Part shown: positions 27,264 through 40,230 of the stretch, in pieces
Position numbering within the stretch: position 1 is the stretch's first letter
How the letters are laid out: the number at the start of each line of letters is the position of its first letter
Assembly (NCBI RefSeq): GCF_006345805.1
Contig: NC_042998.1
Location: 181,970,001-182,034,000, forward strand
From: Octopus sinensis
Taxonomy: Eukaryota
Direction of reading: 5' to 3'
DNA length: 64,000 nt
Translations under genes and position numbers: made by a program
Notes under the pieces: model-generated
The model's input: the letters and a program-made list of their open reading frames with translations, nothing else
What the model was told of the DNA's origin: nothing
Database searches by the model: none

Positions 27264-30155
27264 TCATAAGAAGAAGAAAATATGAATTGGAGAGAAGAGG
27301 AAAAAAGATATAAATGGTGAAGTGGGGCTAAAAACAAGCAAGACTTCACCCTCCTCCTATCAAAAAGATGCTAATAAAGAAAGCCATTCTTAAGAAAGAG
27401 AATGAGGAAGCGATAATGGTGCTGACCTAAAATATCTGATAATAATAATATTTATGATGACAGTGCAGATGATAGCAACAACAGTAAAGACAAGAAGAAT
27501 ACAAACAATAATGATAAAGACAAAGTAAAGATAACAACAGGAGCCATATTGTGGTAGGTATGTTGAGAAGGGTCATCATCATCATCATCGTTTAGCGTCC
27601 ACTTTCCATGCTGGCATGGGTTGGACGGTTCAACTGGGGTCTGGGAAGCCAGAAGGCTGCACCAGGCCCAGTCTGATCTGGCAATGTTTCTACGGCTGGA
27701 TGCCCTTCCTAACGTCAAACATAGTGCATAGTGCAACAAGGGTGCATATAAGAAATGGAGTCTGGTGATGGGGGACGGACAAAGTAGGTAATGAATCGAC
27801 ACATGCAGTAAAACACGTGGGTGAAATGGGAGGGGTGGTATACCAGAACCTGTTGCTGGTGACCTAGGATTCCAATATTGTCTTAGCAAATGTTCTTCTC
27901 AACCTGCCATGGCATGGTTCCTAGCCGTCCAAGAATTTGGACTTGGAGATCTCCATTTCCAGTGACTTTGGGGCTAAATGCAAGTGAAATCGAAATCGGA
28001 ATCGAAATTGAACCAATCCTATGACTGGCACCCGGCAGATGCCAGGACCCCTGGACTGGAGATACGTAAAAAGCACTATCCGAATCGTGGCCGATGCCAG
28101 CGCCGCCTCGACTGGCTTCCGTGTCGGTGGCACGTAAAAAGCACCATCCGAATCGTGGTCGAAGCCAGTGCCGCGTCGACTGGCTTCCGTGCTGGTGGCA
28201 CGTAAAATGCACCAATCCGACCGTGGCCGATGCCAGCCTCGCCTGGCACCAGTGCAGGTGGAACGTAAAAAGCACCCACTAGGAAGGGCATCCAGCTGTA
28301 GAAACATTGCCAGATAAGACCGGAGCCTGGTGTAGCCTTCTGGCTTCCCAGATCCCCGGTCGAACCGTCCAACCCATGCTAGCATGGAGAACGGACGTTA
28401 AACGATGATGATGATGATGAGGGCCACCTCCCAGGGGTGTAGGGCATCAACAAAGAGCCCTCGACTACAACAAGACGACCAAAGTTTTTTTTTTCTAAGG
28501 TCTGGGGTCTCCTGCCCCTAAGCCCTAGACCATCACCTAATCACCCTTACTCGTCTTGTTGCTTAACAACAACAGCATGGTTCCTAATGTTATCTTTACT
28601 TTGTTCTTTTTTTTATAAACAAAATGCATTTAGCCAATGCACATTGTTAGGATACACACTTTGATGCAAGTCCAAGGAAGCGCCACTAGTGTTTAAAAGT
28701 ACAATTATTACATAACTTCTCACATTGAAATTTTGCATGCAGTGAGTTAAAAACAGTGGTACAGAAACTATTATAACTGTCAACACCACCATCATCATCA
28801 TCATCATCATCATTGTTTAATGTCTGTTTTCCGTGCTAGCACGGGTTGGACAGTTCGACCGGGGTCTGGGAAGCCAGGAGGCTGCACCAGGCTGCAGTCT
28901 GATCTGGCAGTGTTTCTACAGCTGGATGCCCTTCCTAACGCCAACCACTCCGTGAGTATAGTGGGTGCTTTTTACATGCCAGGGGAGGCTGGCAGCAACC
29001 ACGATCGGTTGGTGCTTTTTATGTGTGCTAAACTCTTTCTTTGCTTTCTTATTTGGATTGTGTGTTATGTATGTATAAAACGAAGCCAAACAGGAAATGT
29101 GAAATTTTTTGGTATTATTTATTCACCATTTTTGCTAACAGGAATTACAAAGTTCTACATGTTAGACAGACAGGTAAGGAATTTCTAATAGGGAAAATCT
29201 GTCTGACTAATATGTAAAACTTTGTAATTCCTGTTAGCAAATGACATGTAATACTCTTTTACTCTCTTTACTCTTTTACTCTCTTTACTCCTTTACTTGT
29301 TTCAGTCATTTGACTGTGGCCATGCTGGAGCACTGCCTTAAGTTGAGCAAATCGACCCCAGGACTTATGCTTTGTAAGCCTACTTATTCTATCGGTCTCT
29401 TTTGCCGAACCGCTAAGTTACGGGGACCTAAACACACCACCATTGGTTGTCAGGTGATGTTGGGGGGACAAACACAGACACACAAACAGATACACATACA
29501 TACATACATATATATCTCTGTCTGGCACCTGTGCGGGTGGCACATAAAAAGCACCCACTACACTCACGGAGTGGTTGGCGTTAGGAAGGGCATCCAGCCG
29601 TAGAAACACTGCCAGATCTGACTGGGCCTGATGAAGCCTTCCAGCTTCACAGACCCCAGTTGAACCATCCAACCCATGCTAGCATGGAAAACGGACGCTA
29701 AATGATGATGATGATGATACGATGGGCGTCTTTCAGTTTCCGTCTACCAAATCCACTCACAAGTCTTTGGTCGGCCCGAGGCTATAGTAGAGGACACTTG
29801 CCCAAGGTGCCACACAGTGGGACTGAACTCAGAACCATGTGGTTGGTAAGCAAGCTACTTACCACACATCCACTCATGCACCTATAATGTAATGGTGAAT
29901 AGATAATACCAAAAAATTTCCAATTTCCTGTTTTGTAATTCAGTAACTCTGCAAATAATATTTCTACAATTCTCAATTTTAATACGTCTTTCAAGGTAAC
30001 ATACAACAGCAACTGAGACTACATATTGGATTGTAGTAATGAAATAAGCAGATGTGCTTCAAGAAGAAACAGCTGGCATTTACCCTAACTACCCATCTAT
30101 GCACACACATAAAATACATTCTCTCATGTTTATTGTAATTTTTTCCTTATTACAG

Positions 30156-30243
30156 AACGAAGTACAACCTCAATGCTCTCTCCCATGACAGTGCCATTGG
30201 ATTAATTACAAAGGTTTTGGCACTTGGAGTCAATGTTACCGAA
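30156..30243 (+). CDS. RNASEH2A: RNASEH2A exon 4 (88 nt): (R)TKYNLNALSHDSAIGLITKVLALGVNVTE
   Basis: ttacag/gtaggt; KYNLN.LSHD.A.GLI motif; frame continuous with exons 3 and 5. Confidence 0.96.
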
Positions 30244-31673
30244 GTAGGTTGTTCTATTTACTACAATTCTTATGTGGACCAAACTATTGATTATATTGAT
30301 TGGCTTACTAATCTATTATTAATTGTCTTTATTTCCATCCGTCCATGTATCTCACAATTTAATCTTTTATTTGCTTCGTAGGGGTGTTATGTGTTGTCTT
30401 CTTTGAGATGACCAATTTGTAAATTCTTTCTGAAGTTGTGTGTTAACCTTTTGCCTGTCCTGTGTATCACGTGATATCCATGCTTGTCTTGTTTATCACA
30501 TGGTACACAACATATTTCCATGACTTCCATGTATCAACCACTAGAGTAACTTGGCACTTATGAAAGGAAAGCTTTGTATTATTTGCCAACCACTTTACAG
30601 AGTGTACTGAGTGCGTTTATGCAGCACTGGCACAGGTGCATTTCTAGTACCATGTAAATGCACTTGTGCTGGTGTTGCATAAAAACTTCCTTTTGGGAAG
30701 TGATGAAAGGATCAGCTGCATTTTGAGGAGAAAACACCTTGGAGATTGTGTGATACAAAGAGACACTGTTTGTGGTTTCGATTATGGTCTTCCAGGAATT
30801 GAAGTGTTGGATTTGAATTGGTTAGTTTGTAATTGTGGGTAATTTTTGTCCCTAAATATTGTAGCTTGTATTCTTTTATAAAGCTGTCACAGCATAGATA
30901 TGAATGAACCAGTTTTGGGACTTCAGGCTGTTTTTGATGGGGGCCAGTGTTGAAGTAGATGTACTGCAGAAAATAGATTGCATAGAAGTGGCAGGGCTCC
31001 AAATAAATGTTGCTGGGCTTAGAAAGTGGAAAAGGTGTTGTATGTGAGTGTGTGGTGGGGGTGAGAAGAAAAAGTCAAGGATACTTGGAGTATCTGTATT
31101 GGTCAGTTTTTTTCTATATAGGCATAGCTGTGTGGTTAAGTAGCTTGCTTTGCAACCACATGGTTTCAAATTCAGTCCCCCTGTGCAGCACCTTAGGCAA
31201 GTGTCTTCTACTATAACCCCAGGTTGACCAATGTCTTGTGAGTAAATCTGGTTGATGGAAACTGTGTGGAAGCCCATCATGTAAGTATTGAAGGTTGCAG
31301 AAGATTTTGTTTCTGCACAGGCAGCATCAGTATATCGAAAAATGGCGACATAGCAGTAAAAAAACGTAAAAAATAGGGATTTTCATACAAAAAAAGCACC
31401 TTTTTGATGTAAATAGTTTTTGGTCTTAACATGGCATAATTTGAATTTTATCTTCTACGGAATGAAGAGCAAGCCTTCTATCATACTCTCAATTTTGGTC
31501 AACTTGCGCCGCAGGGTCTCGGAGGAGATAGTGTTAGTTGAAGGCTACCAAACCTGCCATACACAGACAACTTCAGCTTTATATATATATATATAGAGAT
31601 ATATAAACCAACGTGTTTTTCTAAACCATTTCTCCAAAACACTAACACTATTATTGATATTGTGTACTTTAAG

Positions 31674-31811
31674 ATTTATGTTGACACCGTTGGTGATGCC
31701 ACCAAGTACCAGCAGAAGCTAGAGAAACAGTTCCCTGGTATAGACATTACTGTTGCAAAGAAAGCTGATTCCACATATTCAATAGTTAGTGGTGCCAGTA
31801 TATTTGCTAAG
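31674..31811 (+). CDS. RNASEH2A: RNASEH2A exon 5 (138 nt): [46 protein letters not shown]
   Basis: tttaag/gtaag; catalytic VDTVG and KAD aspartates and VS.ASI.AK motif. Confidence 0.97.
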
Positions 31812-32639
31812 GTAAGTATTTTTTAGTTTTTGTTATTGTCAACATTGTCATCATCATTTCTGCAACATCTTTATCATCACCACTGTCAACAACATTATCT
31901 TCTTCATTTGACTTGACTTGACTGGCTTCTGTGCCAGTGGCACGTAAAAAGCAACAAACGTTTGTGGCCATTGCCAGCCTACCCTGGCACCTGTGCTGGT
32001 GGCACCTAAAAAGCACCATCCATATGTGGCCAATGCCAGCGCCGCCTTGACTGGCTTCTGTGCTGGTGGCACGTAAAAAGCACCAACTGATCGTGGCTGT
32101 TGCCAGCCTACCCTGGCACCTGTGCCGGTGGCACGTAAAAAGCACCCACTACACTCATGGACTGGTTGGCATCAGGAAGGGCATCCAGCTGTAGAAACAC
32201 TGCCAGATCAGACTTGAGTCTGGTACAGCCTCCTAGTTCCCAGACTCCAGTCGAACCCTCCAACCCATGCTAGCATGGAAAACGGACGTTAAACAATGTT
32301 GACGATGATGATGATGATTTGTCCTATTCTGAAGGTATTAGCTGCTGTGAAAGGTTCTCTTTCTGTCACTTTTGAGTTGGCAATGAAGTAGAGACAAGTC
32401 TGGCTAATAAGCACAAACATGGCCGTGGGGATTAAGAAGTTTGTTTCCCAACTGCATGATTTTGGGTTCAGCTCCACTGTGTAGTACCTTGAGAAAGTGT
32501 CTTCTATTATAGCCCTGGGTTGATCAAAGCCTTGTGAGAGGATACGATAAATGGAAACTGAGAGGAGCCTGTTGTGTGTGTGTGTGTATGTGTCTGTCTG
32601 TCTGTCTGAATGTATGTACACACACACTCATACATACAT

Positions 32640-34005
<1,366 letters not shown>

Positions 34006-34203
34006 CACCCTCTTACCTGGAAAGAAGTAAAGATTGGTGACAAGGGCATCCAAGTATAGAAAATCTGACTCAACAAGATTCTGTCTGACCCATGCAAGCA
34101 TGGAAAAGTAGATGTGAAATGTCGATGTTGAAGATATTATACATATAGTGGAAAAATGATCAGAAAAGCCATTTCTATTCATATTTACATATGCACGCAC
34201 ACA

Positions 34204-35410
34204 CACAGGTTGGACAAAGTAAGCGTCATAGCATCATAATTTTGAAATACCTATTAAACAGTCAAAAGCTTGTTTATTTTTATGTTTTTTTTACTTATTA
34301 TTAGTGTTGCTTAATATGTTTTGCTAAAATTGCTATTTCTTTTCAGATATTATCAGAAAAAGGTAATTAAAATTCATCAAAATGACAGATCTGTTGGACT
34401 TTCAAAGAGGTCAAATTGTTGGTGCTCGTATGGCTAGCGTAACGAAAACAGCCGAAATGTTTGGTGTATCAATAAATACTGTTTCGAAAGTAATGACAGC
34501 CTTTGAGAAAGAGGGAAAAACCTCCTTGTTGAAACAAAACTCTGGAAGAAAACCAAAACTTTCAGATAGGAATCGTTGGACTCTTACGCGATTGTTAGAA
34601 AGGATCACAAAAGTACAGCTTCCAAAATTACTGCAGAGCTTAATGACCACCTTGACAACCCAGTTTCCACAAAAACTGTTCACTGGGAGCTGCACAAAAC
34701 CGGATTTCATGGGAGAGCTGCAATCAGAAAACCACTACTTTCAAAAACAAACGTTGCAAAGTGTTTAGAGTTGAGTAAAAACCTACAGAATGTTATTTTC
34801 TGGGCTGAGTCATCCGTTACCTTATTTCTGACCACTGGCCAAGTATACGCATATTTGATCCAGACTGCTTTCTTCCAACTGTTAAACATGGAGGAGGATC
34901 TGTGATGATCTTGGGGACAATATCTTGGAAATCTGCCAGCCCAATGGTTTCTCTTCATGGCAGAATTAATTGTCAAGACTATTTAAATATTTTAACTGAT
35001 CAAATTCATCCTATGGTTGCAGGACTGTTTCCAGAGGGAAACACAATCTTTCAGGATGGTAATGCACCAATTCATACAGCTAAAATTGTTACTGAATGGC
35101 ACGAGGAACATTCTAGTGAAGTTGAACATCTTATCTGGCCACCACAATCCCCAGATCTCAATGTTATTGAACATTTATGGTGCATTTTAGAAAAACAAGT
35201 AAGAAGTCGACATCCTCCACCATCATCACTACAAGAACTGGAGACTGTTTTAGCTGAAGAATGGACAAAAATTCCTTTGGAAACAATTCAAACTTTGTAC
35301 GAGTCCATACCTTGTAGAATTCAAGCTGTAATTACTGCCAAAGTTGGTCCTAAACCATGTTAAAATGAATTTCTTTGAAATTTTAAGGTGTTTCCATTAT
35401 TTTGTCCAAC

Positions 35411-35415
<5 letters not shown>
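34204..35415 (+). mobile_element. Tc1-like DD37E (TRT-type) transposon, defective
   Basis: TIRs AGGTTGGACAAA / TTTGTCCAACCT; DFQRGQIVGAR N-terminus, GRKPKL, FQD-37aa-E (WPPQSPDLNVIEHLW); split over three ORFs. Confidence 0.88.
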
Positions 35416-35452
<37 letters not shown>

Positions 35453-35574
35453 CTTTAGTTAAATATATTCAATAAGAATATTATGTACTGAATTTATATT
35501 GAGTGCTCAATTGTATCAAAATATTAATACTCTTAAAGTATTTATATATTTAATACAAGCGATATTATATACAT

Positions 35575-35992
35575 ACTCTTTACTCTTTTACTCTTTTACT
35601 TGTTTCAGTCATTTGACTGCGGCCATGCTGGAGCAGCGCCTTTAATCGAGCAACTTGACCCCGGGACTTATTCTTTTTGTAAGCCCAGTACCTATTCTAT
35701 CGGTCTCTTTTGCCGAACCGCTAAGTAACGGGAACATAAACACACCAGCATCGGTTGTCAAGCAATGCTAGGGGGACAAACACAGACACACAAACACACA
35801 CATGCATATATATATATATATACATATATACGACGGGCTTCTTTCAGTTTCCGTCTACCAAATCCACTCACAAGGCTTTGGTTGGCCCAAGGCTATAGTA
35901 GAAGACATTTGCCTAAGGTGCCACGCAGTGGGACAACCCGGAACCATGTGGTTGGTAAGCAAGCTACTTACCACACAGCCACTCCTGCGCCT
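35575..35992 (-). mobile_element. SINE family A fused to the 3' end of the zinc-finger ORF
   Basis: Full-length copy; head AGGCGCAGGAGTGGC starts directly after the last His codon. Confidence 0.9.
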
Positions 35993-37938
35993 ATGTGTAC
36001 GTTTGTGATAAGATAAGCCATGTTTTTGAGAAAATGATTTACCACAAATATTACAGTGATATGGCTTCTCACCAGTGTGAATACGTTTATGAGCAGTTAA
36101 GTCACCACTTTGAGAAAATGATTTATCACAGACATCACAGTGATACGGTTTCTCTCCTGTATGAATATTTATGTGCCTCGTTAAATAATAATTTCTTGGG
36201 AATGATTCACCACAGATGCCACACTGATAGGGTTTCTCTCCTGTATGAATACGTTTGTGAATAGTTAAGTTACTGCTCTGAGAGAATGATTTATCACAGA
36301 CGTCACAATGATATGGCTTCTCCCCTGTATGAATACGTTTGTGACTTCTTAAGTGACTTTTTTGAGATAATGATTTACCACATATATCACAGTGATATGG
36401 CTTCTCTCCTATATGAATACGTTTGTGATCAGTCAAGGAAGTATTTCTAGAGAATGATTTACCACAGATATCACAGTGATATGGCTTTTCTCCTGTATAA
36501 GTACATTTGTGTTTAGTTAAGTCACAATTTTGAAAGTATGATTTACCACAAATATCACAGGGATAAGGTTTCTTTCCTGGATGGATGCTTTTGTGAGAAG
36601 TTAAGTCACCACTCTGAGAGAAGGATTTGCCACAGATATCACAGCAATATGGCTTCTCCCCAGTATGGTTTCATTTGTGTACTGTTACTTTACTCTTTGA
36701 AGTGAATGATTTACCACAAATATCACAAGAATATGGTTTCTCTCCCGTATGAATTAATTTGTGAGTAGTTAATTTAGCATTCGAAGAGAATGATTTACCA
36801 CAGACATCACATGAATATGGCTTCTCACCTGTATGAATACTTTTATGTAAAGTTAGATGAATTCTTTGAGAGAATGATTTACCACAGATATCACAGTGAT
36901 ATGGCCTCTCACCTGTATGAACGCATTTGTGTTTTGTTAAGATACTACCATTAGAGAATGATTTCCCACAGATATCACAGCAATATGGCTTCTCCCCAGT
37001 ATGCGTACGGTTGTGAATAGCCAAGTAACTGTTTGCAGAAAATGATTTGCCACAAATATCACAGTGATGCGGTTTCTCCCCAATGTGAATGCGTTTGTGT
37101 CTAGACAACTCACTACTTTGGGAGAATGGTTGACCACAGGTATCACAAAGATATGGCTTTTCACTTGTGTGAACAAGTTTGTGTTTAGTTAAGTGACATG
37201 TTTGAGAGAATGAGTCACCACAGATATCACAAAGATACGGCCTCTCACCAGTATGAACATGCTTGTGTTTAGATAAATTACCAGTTATCAAGAGACATTT
37301 TCCACATATATCACGCCGATATGGTTTCTCTCCTGTATGAATACGTGTGTGTTTTATTAACAAACTATTTCAGAGAATGATTTACCACAGATTTCACAGG
37401 GATATGGCTTCTCCCCTGTATGAATACATTGGTGTCTGGACAAATGACATTTTTGAGAAAATGATTTCCCACAGATATCACACCGATATGGTTTCTCTCC
37501 TGTATGAGTACGTATGTGTCTTGTTAACACACTATTGTCAGAGAATGATTTACCACAGATGTCACAGTGATAAGGTTTCTCTCCTGTATGAATGCGTTTG
37601 TGTTTGGACAAATGACATTTTTGAGAGAATGCGTCACCACAGATGTCACAGTGATATGGTTTCTCTCCTGTATGAATACGTTTGTGAGTAGTTAAATTAC
37701 TAATCTGGGAGAATGATTTGCTACAAATATCACAATGGTATGGTTTCTCTCCTGAAAATGATTTCCCACAGATATCACAATGATATGGTTTCTCTTCAGT
37801 ATGAATACATTTGTGAGTGATTAGGCTACCTTTTTGAGAGGTATTACATTGATACAATGTTTTATCTGTCTCGTTCAACATCTCATCAGAATAATCAATA
37901 TATTTCAGATCTTTTGCAACTGTCCCCTCACAACTCAT
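35855..37938 (-). pseudogene. Tandem C2H2 zinc-finger gene (about 21 full-length fingers plus 2 truncated remnants) nested antisense in RNASEH2A intron 5; disrupted as assembled
   Basis: ORFs 37938-37357, 37363-36671 and 36436-35855 all carry CxxC...HxxxH + TGEKPY repeats; 1-nt frameshift near 37369, in-frame TGA at 36673-36671, last 45 codons from a SINE; probable splice acceptor ttttacttcag ending at 38265 (minus). Confidence 0.85.
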
Positions 37939-38405
37939 TTTTCTTAATATTGCTTCTCTTTCTCTACAATACAGATAATTTTTTCTAGTTTTAGCTTTTT
38001 AAATTTGTCTCCACAAAATATTTCTACTGTTTTATTTCCATCACTGGTTACTTTTGTCAATATCTGGAGTTGTTGTAAACTCTTTTGTAAATTTGCCTTA
38101 ATTTATTCCAATCAATGAAGCAGAAAAGTTTTGCTATTATTCCCAGTTCACAGGAAATATTTCATTTCCCAATAAATTCCATCATGGATTTATGTAAGTA
38201 GGGTTATATCTGTTCTCTGAAACATCATCCTTTAGTCTTGAAAAGACAAATATTGTTGATGGAGCTGAAGTAAAATATTTTTGTGTGCCAATATTTTTGT
38301 GTGCCAATACATATATTTTTTAATAATATATTATTATTATTAATATAAGGAAATTAATATCCAAACTCATCATAAAGAAATTATTATCCAAACTCATCAT
38401 ATTTT

Positions 38406-38499
38406 GTATCTCTGAAGAGCAGAAGCGTTGTCTATAAATGTTTATCAATATAGGATTTCATTATAGGGACAACTCTTCTGTGAAACGATCGTAAGATGC
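38406..38499 (+). ncRNA. Type I hammerhead ribozyme motif (RNASEH2A intron 5, next to Penelope-like ORF)
   Basis: GTATCT-CTGAAGA-GCAGAAG.GTTGTC...GACAAC.CTTCTGT-GAAA-CGATCG-TA-AGATGC; predicted cleavage after A38493. Confidence 0.8.
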
Positions 38500-39082
38500 T
38501 TTAAATTATTAATTCAAAACTTTTAAACTATCATATATATTTATACATTATATTTATACTTATACATATTTACATATATTTTTATATATATATTTATATA
38601 TACGATAGAGGATCAGAATCGAAATCGATCAATGGAAATTGCAGCTGAGTTACCAGTGCCGGTGGCACATAAGAGAACCATCCGTTCGTGACCGTTGCCA
38701 GCGCCGCCCCGACTGGCCTCGTGCCGGTGGCACGTAAAAGCACCATCCGTTCGTGGCCGTTTGCCAGCTCCGTCTGGCACCTGTGCGGGTGGCACGTAAA
38801 AAGCACCCACTACACTCACGGAGTGGTTGGCGTTAGGAAGGGCATCCAGCCGTAGAAACACTGCTAGATCAGACTGGGCCTGATGCAGCCTTCTGGCTTC
38901 ACAGACCCCAGCTGAACCGTCCAACCCATGCTAGCATGGAAAGCGGACGCTAAATGATGATGATAATATTTATATATTTTTAATACAACAACTATTTTCA
39001 CATGGGTATATCTTTCTGAGGAGTTTTGATTTTAATTTCCTTATATTAATAATAATATATTATTAAAAAATATATATATATA

Positions 39083-40230
39083 TATCGCTTGTATTAAATA
39101 TATAGATATTTTAATAGTATTAATACTTTGATACAATTGAGCACTCAATATAAATTCAGTATATAATATTCTCATTGAATATATTTAACTAAAGATTTAT
39201 GCACTTTGCTCTCTTTGCTCTGGAAAAACAATATCTAGGAATTTCACTGAAAGATATACCAATTCCTTCCAAAGACACATATTTATTAGCATTACTTCAG
39301 AAAACAAATGACTTAAACGAATGAGATGGAAAGCATTCTTTTATGACAAGGGAATGATAAATGACCAAAGGAATAATACTTATGGACTGAAATCATATAA
39401 AAACCCTCCACATAATCTGCTATTAATGGACTTTGAAAATGCAATATTAGATATGATAAAATCCGTAAAATTCTCTCCATTTTATTCCGAATACCAAAAG
39501 AATCTTACCAAGATAGTCAACAATATTATAAAATCACTTTATATACACGTTTATATACAGGAAATCTATATACACGTTATATACAGGAAATCTATATTCT
39601 ATTAACAAACAATTGCAGCGTGGAAGGTGTTTATAAGCCATTTAAGAAACACACAAAAACCGTTAGATTCACTTCAACATTTAAATTTAATTTGTCAAAA
39701 TATTTTCGTCGCTTTGAAACTGCGACCTGTTCAGTGACAAAACTTCGTGCAGCACAAAGTTTTGTCACTGAACAGGTCGCAGTCTCAAAGCGACGAAAAT
39801 ATTTTGACAAATTAAATTTAAATGTTGAAGTGAATCTAACGGTTTTTGTGTGTTTCTTAAATGACTTATAAACACCTTCCACACTGCAATTGTTTTCGTT
39901 CTGGCACATGATCTCAGATCAAGTCACTCGCTATGCAAGTACATCTCTGTAATATATTCTATTACTCCTGCTCAATATCAAGAATTTATGCATAAAGAAT
40001 TATGCAAATCTTATAAAATTACTAATCCATCAAGTTTAGAAATGATAAATAAAGAACATTATATAATTATGTGTAAATTAGACGTTGAAGACCGCACGGA
40101 AATATATACTCCAAATACACCACATTTTAATCTGAAAGACCACAAATTAAATTTTAATATTAATCTTACTTTTAGACTAATTTGTCCAACTAAATCGGAC
40201 ATCGGAAGGATAAGGAAGAATATTTTTGTT
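39083..40230 (+). mobile_element. Penelope-like retroelement, 5' portion, decayed and interrupted
   Basis: Translates to SLKDIPIPS...KRMRWKAFFY...YGLKS..PP...FE and LKDHK.NF....FRLICPTKSDIGRI, recognised as N-terminal/pre-RT motifs of Penelope-like elements; adjacent hammerhead and inverted ends. Confidence 0.75.
39605..39952. mobile_element. Foldback element (about 143-bp arms, 1-nt loop) inserted in the Penelope-like ORF
   Basis: Near-perfect palindrome centred at 39751; 12-bp direct repeat TATATTCTATTA at 39593-39604 and 39953-39964; relative at 20268-20497. Confidence 0.8.

Noticed and set aside
36671-36673. Selenocysteine codon in the zinc-finger gene
   Set aside because: TGA is at an Arg position rather than a Cys ligand, and no SECIS was recognised
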